IMG/VR virus record: IMGVR_UViG_2563366886_000002
Span: 1 to 38,381 of that record
DNA: 38,381 nt
Reading direction: 5' to 3' (one strand)
Source of the DNA: a virus
Taxonomy: Duplodnaviria; Heunggongvirae; Uroviricota; Caudoviricetes
Part shown: in pieces, positions 16,503 to 25,354 of the stretch
How the letters are laid out: every line of letters starts with the position of its first letter
Numbering within the stretch: position 1 is the stretch's first letter
Notes under the pieces: generated by a model
Seen by the model: only the letters and a program-made list of their open reading frames with translations
Databases searched by the model: none
What the model was told of the DNA's origin: nothing
Translations under genes and position numbers: made by a program

Positions 16503-16802
16503 ATGAAACAGAAAATTTCTGGCTTTACTGCCAGCGGCCCCGCTCGGCCTGAAATCCGCCCCGGCGATATTTTCCGGGATAACTACGGCGGCACGGTAAC
16601 GATTAAAAGCGTGGCGGGACGGTGCGTTACTTACCGCCGTGATGGGTACGGCTATGACTGCGTGATGCCTGTTTATCAGTTCCGGCGTGATTTTTCTCTG
16701 GTACAGAACGCAACACGCGGTAAGCCCACCAGCAGGGAAAAAGCACGGGAAAATATTAAGAAAATAAAAAGCATGCTCAGCGCATCCAGAGGTAAAAAAT
16801 GA
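16503..16802 (+). CDS. hypothetical protein (99 aa)
   Basis: MKQKISGFTASGPARPEIRPGDIFRDNYGGTVTIKSVAGRCVTYRRDGYGYDCVMPVYQFRRDF...; stop overlaps the rep start (ATGA). Confidence 0.45.
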   Translation: MKQKISGFTASGPARPEIRPGDIFRDNYGGTVTIKSVAGRCVTYRRDGYGYDCVMPVYQFRRDFSLVQNATRGKPTSREKARENIKKIKSMLSASRGKK

Positions 16803-18919
16803 AACTGGCACCGAACGTAAAACTGTTACCGAAAGATAAAGGCGAGGATGCAGTGATTTTTGCGGGGGATGACGCATACAGCCACGCAGAGCATTACATG
16901 CAGGGCGGAGAAGCCAGAAAGCGCGGCGACAAAATACCACCTGTTTATCTCGGGCGGCGTGACCTGGGTAATCTGGAAAACCTGCGTATTGTGGATGATG
17001 GACGGTTACGCGCCATGGTCAGACGTGCCGGAAAGCTGGATGACAGACAGGCGTTACAGATTGAAACCCTGCTGGCAGTGGCTGGTGTTAAGGAAGCCAG
17101 TTTTTGTGACGAGAACGGTGAACTACTGGAGGACTGGACACCGCAGCTTGCCCGGCTGAAAGACGAATACGAGCGCGGGGAAAGTCTGGTGTTGCCCTTA
17201 AAGAAAAAAATCACAGAAAGCCAGGGCGATGATGAATTAAAGCCCCGCGTTGAAAGTCGCGCCGATGGTGTTTTCTGGGTAACGCCCAAAGTTGACAAGC
17301 AGTCAGGCGAAATTATCCGGCCTGAGACGTGGTTATGTTCCCCGCTTGAACTACTGGGAACGGGGACAATCGGCAAAGAGCATTACCGCGTGATGCGCTG
17401 GAAGAAACCCGCAAACCATGAAGTCATCACAATGGCGGTTCCGTGCGGGGGCATTGGCGACCGTGACGGCTGGCGGTTGCTGAAAGACCACGGCCTTAAC
17501 GTAACAACTAACGGCAAATACAGGGCTATCCTGGCTGACTGGATGCAGTTAAGCGGAAACCATGAGGAATGGCAGTTAAGCACAACAACGGGCTGGCATT
17601 TTGGTGCGTACATCATGCCGGACGGTTCAGTCATTGGTGAGTCTGAAAAACCGATCCTGTTTACCGGAAAAACGGCTGCCGTTAATGGCTATTCTGTGGC
17701 AGGAACGGCGGAGGGCTGGCGCGATACCGTTGCGCGGCTGGCTGGTGGTAATCCGTCCATGATGCTGGGTGTGGCGGTATCGTTATCCGCACCATTAATC
17801 GGGCTGGTGGGTGCTGACGGCTTCGGGGTACATCTTTTCGAACAGTCATCGGCAGGGAAAACCACCACACAGAACATCGCATCCAGTTTATGGGGAGAGC
17901 CGGACGCGCAACGGCTGACCTGGTACGGTACAGCGTTAGGCATCGCCAACGAGGCAGAGGCGCACAATGACGGGCTATTACCCCTGGATGAAATAGGTCA
18001 GGCCGGAAACGCGCGGGAAGTGTCCACGTCGGCTTATACGCTGTTTAACGGTTCGGGGAAATTACAGGGGGCGAAGGACGGCGGCAACAGGGAGATCAAA
18101 CACTGGCGCACGGTGGCAATCAGCACCGGAGAAATGGACGTTGAGACATTCCTCAAAACGGAGGGGATAAAAGTCAAGGCGGGGCAGCTTGTCCGCCTGC
18201 TTAACGTGCCAATGGAAAAAGCCACGCAGTTTCACGAATACAGCACCGGAAAGGCACACGCAGACGCGTTAAAGGATGCCTGGACAGAAAATCACGGGGC
18301 GGCGGGGCGTGAATGGGTTAAATGGCTGGCAGACCACCAGCAGGAGGCAAAGGATACGGTAAGGGCATGCCGTGAACGGTGGCGCAACCTGATACCGGAG
18401 AGTTACGGCGAACAGGTTCACCGTGTGGGGGAACGATTCGCCATGCTGGAGTCGGCGCTGGTGCTTTCCGTCCATATTACTGGTTGGGATGTTCAGGCGT
18501 GCCGCGATGCCATTCAGCATAATTTTAATGCCTGGGTGAAGGAGTTCGGCACGGGTAACAGGGAGTTTAAACAGATGGTTGAACAGGCAGAGGCTTTTTT
18601 AGCGTCGTTCGGATTCAGCAGATACCTTCCGTGGCCCAACACCGACGAGCGTGATTTACCGATTAAAGAGCTTGCCGGATACAGAAAGGGGAGTATCAGA
18701 AACGAAGATGACGAGTTCCGTTTTTACACGTTCCCGCATGTATTTGAGGGTGAGATAGCACAGGGATTTAATCCGTCTCACTTTGCCCGCGCGTTGAGTG
18801 CTGCCGGAATGCTGGAAGCGGGTAACGATCGCCGTTACAAGAAAAAGGCGCTCGGCAAAATTGGGGGGAAGCAGCATGTTTTTTACGTGCTGATGTTCCA
18901 GCCTGAGGCAGAAGATTAA
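16799..18919 (+). CDS. replication protein, DUF927-type P-loop NTPase (primase/helicase-like) of the element
   Basis: 706-aa ORF with Walker A GxxxxGKT (SSAGKTTTQN); followed immediately by an iteron cluster; architecture typical of satellite/PICI replication genes. Confidence 0.6.
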   Translation: MKLAPNVKLLPKDKGEDAVIFAGDDAYSHAEHYMQGGEARKRGDKIPPVYLGRRDLGNLENLRIVDDGRLRAMVRRAGKLDDRQALQIETLLAVAGVKEASFCDENGELLEDWTPQLARLKDEYERGESLVLPLKKKITESQGDDELKPRVESRADGVFWVTPKVDKQSGEIIRPETWLCSPLELLGTGTIGKEHYRVMRWKKPANHEVITMAVPCGGIGDRDGWRLLKDHGLNVTTNGKYRAILADWMQLSGNHEEWQLSTTTGWHFGAYIMPDGSVIGESEKPILFTGKTAAVNGYSVAGTAEGWRDTVARLAGGNPSMMLGVAVSLSAPLIGLVGADGFGVHLFEQSSAGKTTTQNIASSLWGEPDAQRLTWYGTALGIANEAEAHNDGLLPLDEIGQAGNAREVSTSAYTLFNGSGKLQGAKDGGNREIKHWRTVAISTGEMDVETFLKTEGIKVKAGQLVRLLNVPMEKATQFHEYSTGKAHADALKDAWTENHGAAGREWVKWLADHQQEAKDTVRACRERWRNLIPESYGEQVHRVGERFAMLESALVLSVHITGWDVQACRDAIQHNFNAWVKEFGTGNREFKQMVEQAEAFLASFGFSRYLPWPNTDERDLPIKELAGYRKGSIRNEDDEFRFYTFPHVFEGEIAQGFNPSHFARALSAAGMLEAGNDRRYKKKALGKIGGKQHVFYVLMFQPEAED

Positions 18920-18941
18920 CCCCCTGTGTGAGGTGAAAAGT

Positions 18942-19066
18942 TGCGGGTTATGCGGGTTATCCTGTGTATAAGTGCATTAACTGTATGAATAAAAAGGAAA
19001 TCAGTAACCCGCACGTAACCCGCAAAACGGCAGTTATAACCCGCAAAAGTGCGATTATAACCCGCA
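18942..19066. repeat. iteron cluster (candidate origin of replication of the element)
   Basis: 9-mer TGCGGGTTA twice in tandem (18942..18959), AT-rich spacer, then inverted copies TAACCCGCA at 19005, 19016, 19037, 19058. Confidence 0.65.
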
Positions 19067-19129
19067 GAATTTCACCGTAAGGGTGTAAACAAGCGTAACA
19101 ATCAACGTTAAAACCGGAGAACAGACAGC

Positions 19130-19555
19130 ATGACAGCACAGATAGCGGCTTACGGGCGGCTGGTGGCTGACCCGCAGTTAAAGACCACCAGCAAGGGGAC
19201 ACAAATGGCTATGGCGAGTATGGCGGTTCCCCTGCCGTGCAGCCAGGCAGATGACGGAACGGCGACGATGTGGTTATCCGTCCTGGCGTTTGGCAGACAG
19301 GCCGATGCACTGGCAAAACACCAGAAAGGCGAACTGGTGAGTGTGGCGGGTAACATGCAGGTAAGCCAGTGGACAGGCCAGAACGGCGAAATGCGGCAGG
19401 GCTGGCAGGTCATCGCAGACAGCGTAATCAGTGCGCGAACGGCGCGACCGGGCGGCAAAAAAGGCCAGCAGGGCCAGGCTACTGACGCACTGAACAGGGC
19501 AAAACAACAGACAGGCCAGCACGATGATCCGTACGGGGACGGGATACCGTTTTAA
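19130..19555 (+). CDS. ssb: single-stranded DNA-binding protein
   Basis: OB-fold-like N-terminus (IAAYGRLVADPQLKTTSKGTQMAMASMAV), Gly/Gln-rich linker, acidic tail ending DDPYGDGIPF (SSB-type DIPF tail); GGAGAA RBS. Confidence 0.7.
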   Translation: MTAQIAAYGRLVADPQLKTTSKGTQMAMASMAVPLPCSQADDGTATMWLSVLAFGRQADALAKHQKGELVSVAGNMQVSQWTGQNGEMRQGWQVIADSVISARTARPGGKKGQQGQATDALNRAKQQTGQHDDPYGDGIPF

Positions 19556-19570
19556 GCAGTGAGGTACAGC

Positions 19571-19867
19571 ATGATTAAAGACAGCAAAGCGGAAGAACTG
19601 GAGGCTAAAGGGCTGTACCGGAGAGCGGCGGCACGTTGGGCTGATGTTATGTGGCTGGTGAGCACTGACAAGGAGCGCGAACAGGTGGCAAAGCGTCGCG
19701 CGGAATGTATCCGTAAGGCAGCGCGCCAACCAGTCATACCGGATAATTTCGGAATACTGAAAGAGGCCATAAACCGCACACATACCGGGATGGGCTTACA
19801 GAAACCTGGCGGTGAGATGTTCAGGAACTACCCGAAAAAAAAGGGGATAATTGATAACGGTTGTTAA
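19571..19867 (+). CDS. PerC-family transcriptional regulator-like protein
   Basis: MIKDSKAEELEAKGLYRRAAARWADVMWLVSTDKEREQVAKRRAECIRKA resembles PerC/Pch proteins as recalled; GAGG RBS. Confidence 0.45.
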   Translation: MIKDSKAEELEAKGLYRRAAARWADVMWLVSTDKEREQVAKRRAECIRKAARQPVIPDNFGILKEAINRTHTGMGLQKPGGEMFRNYPKKKGIIDNGC

Positions 19868-19899
19868 CTGTTTCTGGTATCGTGGTAGCAGGAGGAAAC

Positions 19900-20148
19900 A
19901 TGCCTGTGACATTTGAAGAAGTTCAGCAACATAAAAAGTTTCATGGTTTTGATGATCTGGAAACCACGACAGCAAAAAAATATCGCCGTCTGCTTTCTTC
20001 CGATGCGTTGTTTGTTGTGGATCATCATGATTTTCTGCGCAGCTCACTGACCGGGGAAATTTTCGCAACCAACCGTGAGCAGGTGGAAGCGATGATCGAA
20101 TACCTGTGGAAACTAAGAAGCAGAATGCGGGATCCCGTGAAACGGTAA
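19900..20148 (+). CDS. hypothetical protein (82 aa)
   Basis: AGGAGG RBS; MPVTFEEVQQHKKFHGFDDLETTTAKKYRRLLSSDALFVVDHHDFLRSSLTGEIFATNREQVEAMIEYLWKLRSRMRDPVKR. Confidence 0.45.
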   Translation: MPVTFEEVQQHKKFHGFDDLETTTAKKYRRLLSSDALFVVDHHDFLRSSLTGEIFATNREQVEAMIEYLWKLRSRMRDPVKR

Positions 20149-20157
20149 AATGATAAA

Positions 20158-20185
20158 GGCCTGGTAAAATCCAGGCCATTTTTTT
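20158..20185. terminator. terminator hairpin between convergent genes
   Basis: GGCCTGG-TAAAAT-CCAGGCC followed by ATTTTTTT on the plus strand. Confidence 0.65.
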
Positions 20186-20690
20186 ACAGTAAGCCTATTA
20201 AGGCACTTGCGCCAGCCCCAACAATGCTGGCAACGGTACTGTTTTCCAGTAACTGCTTTAATACTGATTTGGCTTGTACATCCCCCGATTTAGAGACTTT
20301 TTCAACCAGTTCAGTGATGCTGATGTTTACCAGCATATGGTTATGCTCACCTATCTGCACTTGATTACCACTAATTGAACCAATGTTAAATGTATTACTT
20401 TTAGGTGGCGTCATATGTTCATTTCCCGTGATATTTTCAATATAGAGCGTCAACATATTTGGATGGTTGGTTCCCTGTCTGAGGGTTCCATTGGGAAGCA
20501 ACTTCATATCTATAATTTTTAGATTTATCTCGTTTTTACCGACACACTGGATAATGTGTTGACCAATAGTTACTTCCGGTTCATTTGTATATGGAATTAA
20601 TACCTTGTTTTCTTTTGCGTTTCTTTTACCTTTAAATGATTCGCCATTAATTATGAAAGTATCAGGGTATACCATTGCGCTTAAATTCAT
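20184..20690 (-). CDS. AT-rich accessory protein of unknown function (168 aa) with hydrophobic Gly/Ala-rich C-terminal tail
   Basis: Reverse-strand ORF MNLSAMVYPDTFIINGESFKGKRNAKENKVLIPYTNEPEV...NSTVASIVGAGASALIGLL; AAAGGA RBS; markedly lower GC than the flanking modules; own upstream region and terminator. Confidence 0.5.
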   Translation of the reverse strand: MNLSAMVYPDTFIINGESFKGKRNAKENKVLIPYTNEPEVTIGQHIIQCVGKNEINLKIIDMKLLPNGTLRQGTNHPNMLTLYIENITGNEHMTPPKSNTFNIGSISGNQVQIGEHNHMLVNISITELVEKVSKSGDVQAKSVLKQLLENSTVASIVGAGASALIGLL

Positions 20691-20976
20691 GATGCGTCCT
20701 TTGTTGTAGTCAGAGGTAGCAATAATAGGCCATGGTTTACTTCTTTTGTAAATTATTTGTTCGTGTTTTTTCGTGGTTGTTCGGCCTTACTGACAGGTGT
20801 TTACATACTGATTTTTATGTATATGTTGGCGTGTGGCACTCAGACGTGAGCCGCCACAATGCCGCCTGACCCCCTGCGCGATGCCGGGTTGATCTGCGAG
20901 ATGCCGAGAGTGTCGGGCGGCGCTCCCTCCGTGTTGGTTTCACGTCCTGAATCTTAACCAATACGAGAAAACCTTC

Positions 20977-22146
20977 ATGAAGAAATTAATCGAACTCCGC
21001 CAGCAAAAAACCGCCCTGAAAAACCAGATGCGATCCCTGCTGGAAAAAGCCGACAGTGAAAACCGCAGCCTGAACGATGACGAGGGCAAACAGTTTGATG
21101 AACTGCGTGCAAAAGCCGATTCCCTCGACACAGAAATTTCCCGCCTCGAGTCTGTGGCTGATGAAGAACGCAGCAAGCCAGGAACGGGCATCCAGAAATT
21201 ATCATCTGATGAATTGCGTAACTACATCGTAACCGGAGATGTGCGATCACTGACCACCAGCACTGACAGCGGCAGGGATGGCGGATATACCGTAATTCCT
21301 GAGCTTGATCGCGAAGTCATGCGCCAGCTACAGGATGACAGTGTTATGCGCGTGATCGCGACCGTGAAGACCGCAAAATCAAATGAGTTTCAGAAACTGG
21401 TTTCCACTGGCGGCGCAACTGTAGGACGAGGCACAGAAGGCAGCGCACGTAGTGAAACCAACACCCCGAAAATTGAACGTGTAACCATCAAGCTGAATCC
21501 GATCTACGCCTACCCGAAAACCACGCAGGAAATCCTGGATTTTTCAGAGGTGGATATTCTGGGCTGGTTATCCTCCGAAATTGCCGACACGTTCGCCAGC
21601 ACCGAAGAGGATGATTTTGTTAATGGCGACGGTAACGGCAAGCCGAAAGGCTTCATGGCTTACACCCGTGCGGCGACCAGTGACAAAACCCGCGCTTTTG
21701 GCACCATTGAAAAAGTGGTAGCGGCAAGTGGAACCGCCATTACAGCGGACGAACTGATCGACATTCTCTACAAGCTGAAAGCGAAATACCGCAAAAATGC
21801 CGTCTGGGTGATGAACTCGGGCACGGCAGGGACACTACAGAAGCTGAAAAATGAGAATGGCGATTATATCTGGCGCGACAGCCTTAAAGAAGGTGCGCCG
21901 GATATGTTGCTTGGTCGTCCTGTTTTCTGCCTGGAGTCCATGCCGGACATCGGCGCAGGAAAAGCACCGCTAGCGGTTGGCGATTTCAGTCGTGGTTATT
22001 TCATCGTTGATCATGTAACAGGGATTCGCACCCGACCGGACAACATTACTGAACCCGGATTCTACAAGGTCCACACGGATAAATATCTGGGCGGTGGTGT
22101 GGTGGATTCAAACGCCATCAAAATTCTGGAAATGAAAGCTGGCTAG
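20977..22146 (+). CDS. major capsid protein, HK97 fold (element copy)
   Basis: 389-aa ORF with N-terminal coiled-coil delta-domain-like region then capsid-like body; paralogous by eye to the helper capsid at 30232..31449. Confidence 0.75.
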   Translation: MKKLIELRQQKTALKNQMRSLLEKADSENRSLNDDEGKQFDELRAKADSLDTEISRLESVADEERSKPGTGIQKLSSDELRNYIVTGDVRSLTTSTDSGRDGGYTVIPELDREVMRQLQDDSVMRVIATVKTAKSNEFQKLVSTGGATVGRGTEGSARSETNTPKIERVTIKLNPIYAYPKTTQEILDFSEVDILGWLSSEIADTFASTEEDDFVNGDGNGKPKGFMAYTRAATSDKTRAFGTIEKVVAASGTAITADELIDILYKLKAKYRKNAVWVMNSGTAGTLQKLKNENGDYIWRDSLKEGAPDMLLGRPVFCLESMPDIGAGKAPLAVGDFSRGYFIVDHVTGIRTRPDNITEPGFYKVHTDKYLGGGVVDSNAIKILEMKAG

Positions 22147-22200
22147 TCATGAGTAAGGAGGAGGCTGCGGCCTCCTTTTTCAGCTTTATGGAGTACACCG

Positions 22201-22761
22201 ATGAAAAACACCGATTTTGAAATCCGCACATCTGAACTGACCGCCAGCAATAAAAAGCTGGTGGGGTATGCCGTTCGCTGGAACAGCCTTTCAGAAATTA
22301 TCTGGGACGAATTCCGCGAACAGTTCACGCCGGGGGCTTTTGCTGACTATCTGGCGGCGGGTAATGATGTGCGCTGCCTGTATGAGCATGACTATACCCA
22401 ACTGCTGGGGCGCACCAAATCCGGCACTCTGGTACTGACTGGGGACAACACCGGGCTACGTTTTGAACTGACACCGCCTGATACCCAGCTTGGAAAAGAT
22501 GTGCTCACGCTGGTGTCGCGTGGCGACATTACAGGAATGAGCTTTGGCTTTCGCGCATTATGCGAAGAATGGAATATCGCGCAAAAACCGTATTTGCGTA
22601 CCGTAACCGCCGCTGAACTCCGAGAAATCACAATAACGTCGATGCCTGCTTATCCAGAATCTGGCGTGGAGATTGCCCACCGTTCGTTGTTTGCACAGCA
22701 CCCTGAATTACGCCCGGCAGGAAATAATCGTCATCGCTGGGCTGAACTGGCGGGGTTGTGA
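22201..22761 (+). CDS. prohead protease, HK97 family (element copy)
   Basis: 186-aa ORF between capsid and portal; resembles the helper protease at 29618..30217. Confidence 0.7.
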   Translation: MKNTDFEIRTSELTASNKKLVGYAVRWNSLSEIIWDEFREQFTPGAFADYLAAGNDVRCLYEHDYTQLLGRTKSGTLVLTGDNTGLRFELTPPDTQLGKDVLTLVSRGDITGMSFGFRALCEEWNIAQKPYLRTVTAAELREITITSMPAYPESGVEIAHRSLFAQHPELRPAGNNRHRWAELAGL

Positions 22762-22762
22762 T

Positions 22763-23977
22763 ATGTGGTGGCCTTTTAGTCGTAAAAAAAGCGAGCAACG
22801 TAACCTGTCCATTGATGATTTTCTGGCGCTGTCCGGCGTACCGAATACCGGATCCGGAGAATATGTTTCTGCCGGGACGGCTGAATCATTGCCTGCTGTG
22901 ATGAACGCGGTTTCTGTCATCGCTGAGGCGGTGGCCACGATGCCGTGTTATCTGTATCTGGTACGTAATGACAAGGGCAGGGAGGCGCGGGAATGGCTGG
23001 ACAGTCATCCGGTAGATATTCTGCTGAATGAGCAGCCTAATTCGTGCCAGACACCTTACCAGTTTAAACGCACAATGATGCGTCACTGTCTGCTGAACGG
23101 TAACGCCTATGCGGTTATTGAGTGGGGGCAGGACGGGCAGCCAAAATCACTTCATCCTTATGCGCCGGGGTGTGTTGTACCGGAACGCACAGGCGCACAC
23201 AAATACCGCTATACCATCACCGAACCCTGTACAGGAACGGTGCGCACGTATTTACAGGAAGAAGTTCTGCATCTCCGCTATGCCTCGGATGATGGCTTTC
23301 TGGGGCGCTCCCCTGTCACGATTTGCCGTGAGGCGCTGGGGCTTGGCCTTGCTCAACAGCGCCACGGAGCCAGCATTATGAAAGATGGCATGATGGCGGC
23401 AGGGATTATCACGTCAGGCGAATGGCTGGACGGCGTGAAAGGTAAACAGGCATTAGACGCACTGGAACGCTACAAGGGGGCGAAAAATGCCGGAAAAACG
23501 CCAATCCTTGAAGGGGGCATGGATTACAAGCAACTGGGAATGAGTAACCAGGATGCTGAATGGCTGGCCTCCCGTCGCTTCTCCATTGAAGACATTGCCC
23601 GTATGTTCAACGTGTCGCCGATTTTTCTTCAGGAATACAGCAACAGCACCTACAGCAATTTCAGTGAGGCAAGCCGCGCGTTTCTGACTATGACAATGCG
23701 TCCGTGGCTGGCGAACTTCGAACAGCAAATCAAGGCCGCTTTGCTGGTGGCTTCTCCCGTACCTGGTACCCGTTATCTGGTTGAGTTTGATTCAGCCGAT
23801 TTACTGCGCGCCACCCCTACCGAACGTTACGCCACGTATGAGAAAGGGATTAAGAACGGGATCATGAATCCGAACGAAGCCCGTGAGCGTGAGGGAATGC
23901 CGCCGCGTGAAGGTGGCGACGAGTTCAGCCAGGCATGGAAGCAGACTGTGGAAATTAAAGGTGAAAAAGATGAGTGA
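22763..23977 (+). CDS. portal protein, HK97 family (element copy)
   Basis: 404-aa ORF MWWPFSRKKSEQRNLSIDDF...; conserved stretches shared with the helper portal (e.g. FLQEYSNSTYSNFSEASRAFLTMTMRPWLANFEQQ vs FSNITQQAIQFVRYTMMPWVANWEQE). Confidence 0.8.
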   Translation: MWWPFSRKKSEQRNLSIDDFLALSGVPNTGSGEYVSAGTAESLPAVMNAVSVIAEAVATMPCYLYLVRNDKGREAREWLDSHPVDILLNEQPNSCQTPYQFKRTMMRHCLLNGNAYAVIEWGQDGQPKSLHPYAPGCVVPERTGAHKYRYTITEPCTGTVRTYLQEEVLHLRYASDDGFLGRSPVTICREALGLGLAQQRHGASIMKDGMMAAGIITSGEWLDGVKGKQALDALERYKGAKNAGKTPILEGGMDYKQLGMSNQDAEWLASRRFSIEDIARMFNVSPIFLQEYSNSTYSNFSEASRAFLTMTMRPWLANFEQQIKAALLVASPVPGTRYLVEFDSADLLRATPTERYATYEKGIKNGIMNPNEAREREGMPPREGGDEFSQAWKQTVEIKGEKDE

Positions 23978-24269
23978 AGACAAAATTACACCTGATGAAG
24001 TCAGGGCACATCTTCGCCTTGATGACTTTTCCGGAGAAGGCGAACTTCTGAAAATGTATACCGATGCGGCGCTGGAAGCCTGCCAGAAGCATATCGGGAA
24101 ACGTTTTGAAGACGGGCTGGAATTTACCCCGGCAATACGTGTTGGTTGCCTGATGTACATCGCTTTCCTGTACGAGAACAGGGAAGCGGTTTCACCTGTG
24201 GAACAGTCTGAACTGCCTATGGCTATTTCTGCGCTCTGGTCGGTTTATCGTGATGTGGGGGTGTACTGA
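23970..24269 (+). CDS. head-tail connector protein (gp6-like), element copy
   Basis: MSEDKITPDEVRAHLRLDDFSGEGELLKMYTDAALEACQKHIGKRF...; start overlaps portal stop (ATGAGTGA). Confidence 0.6.
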   Translation: MSEDKITPDEVRAHLRLDDFSGEGELLKMYTDAALEACQKHIGKRFEDGLEFTPAIRVGCLMYIAFLYENREAVSPVEQSELPMAISALWSVYRDVGVY

Positions 24270-24709
24270 TGCCGTGGCAACCATTAAGGCGATGCACTGA
24301 GCCGGGCTGTAATAAGCGCGTGAAGTCCGGCAAGTGTGAAGAGCACAGGCGGGCTGCATGGCGTGCAGAGGATGCCAGACGGGGGCACCGCCGCGCGCGT
24401 GGGTATTCCCGGCAGTGGGACAAATACCGCGCCCTGTACCTGAGCAAAAACCCGTTATGCGTGCGTTGTCTGGCTAAGGGGATTTATACGCCAGCTCTTG
24501 TGGTGGATCACATCATTCCCATCAATGGCGGCGGTGATGTTCTCTTCTGGCCTGAGTGGAACCACCAGGCATTGTGCCAGACGTGCCACAACCGTAAGAC
24601 GACACGGGAAGATCCAGCCACGAAAGCGAACCGTAAGGCGGGCATGTATCGCGAGCAGGAAGAACGGGCGGCACATCGTAACGACTGGATGTATGGCGAT
24701 GATGACTGA
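24269..24709 (+). CDS. HNH endonuclease (element copy)
   Basis: CTEPGCNKRVKSGKCEEH ... VVDHIIPINGGGDVLFWPEWNHQALCQTCHNRKT; start overlaps connector stop. Confidence 0.8.
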   Translation: MPWQPLRRCTEPGCNKRVKSGKCEEHRRAAWRAEDARRGHRRARGYSRQWDKYRALYLSKNPLCVRCLAKGIYTPALVVDHIIPINGGGDVLFWPEWNHQALCQTCHNRKTTREDPATKANRKAGMYREQEERAAHRNDWMYGDDD

Positions 24710-24997
24710 ACAGGAGCAAAACAGGCTGATACGTGGACTGATAAGGCAGCGTGACTTATGGAAGACACAGGAGACAGGGCACAAAGTCAACAGGACAGGG
24801 CGCACAGAACGCACCACACCGAAGCGATTAACCGACCGTGACCGCGAGGTCATGGAATGTTTTCGCAATCGCTGGTGAGGCTGTCAGAGGGGGTGGGGGA
24901 GGTTTTCAGGACGAAACCGTCCCTGCCGGACACCGACCGCCTCCTCAAATTTTTGTGCACGGGAATTTTTTTGAAAATAATTGGGCGAAAAAAGAAC

Positions 24998-25354
24998 ATG
25001 GCAAGACCACCAAAAGCCCCCGCTTACCTGGATGAAATCGCGGTCAGGCAGTGGAAGGAAAAATCGCGCCAGCTTTCCGGGCGGGAAGACCTTACCCCCG
25101 CCGACTGGAGCAATCTGGAGCTGTATTGCGTTAACTACTCCATATACCGCAAAGCCGTCGAAGACCTTGCGACGCGCGGATTCAGCATTGTTAACAGTCA
25201 GGGCAGTGAGAGCAGAAACCCCGCCCTGAGCGCAAAGGCTGACGCAGAAAGAATAATGATCAAAATGGCTTCTTTGCTGGGTTTTGACCCGGTAAGCCGC
25301 CGCAGAAATCCACCGGAAACAGAGGAAGAGGACGAGCTTGACCGCCTGGCATGA
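24998..25354 (+). CDS. terminase small subunit (P27 family), element copy
   Basis: MARPPKAPAYLDEIAVRQWKEKSRQLSGREDLTPADWSNLELYCVNYSIYRKAVEDL...; precedes terL; start chosen by analogy to the helper terS. Confidence 0.65.
   Translation: MARPPKAPAYLDEIAVRQWKEKSRQLSGREDLTPADWSNLELYCVNYSIYRKAVEDLATRGFSIVNSQGSESRNPALSAKADAERIMIKMASLLGFDPVSRRRNPPETEEEDELDRLA

Noticed and set aside
18942-19066. Short direct repeats as a possible CRISPR array
   Set aside because: The repeats are 9 bp, irregularly spaced, present in both orientations and sit next to a replication gene; this is an iteron origin, not a CRISPR array.
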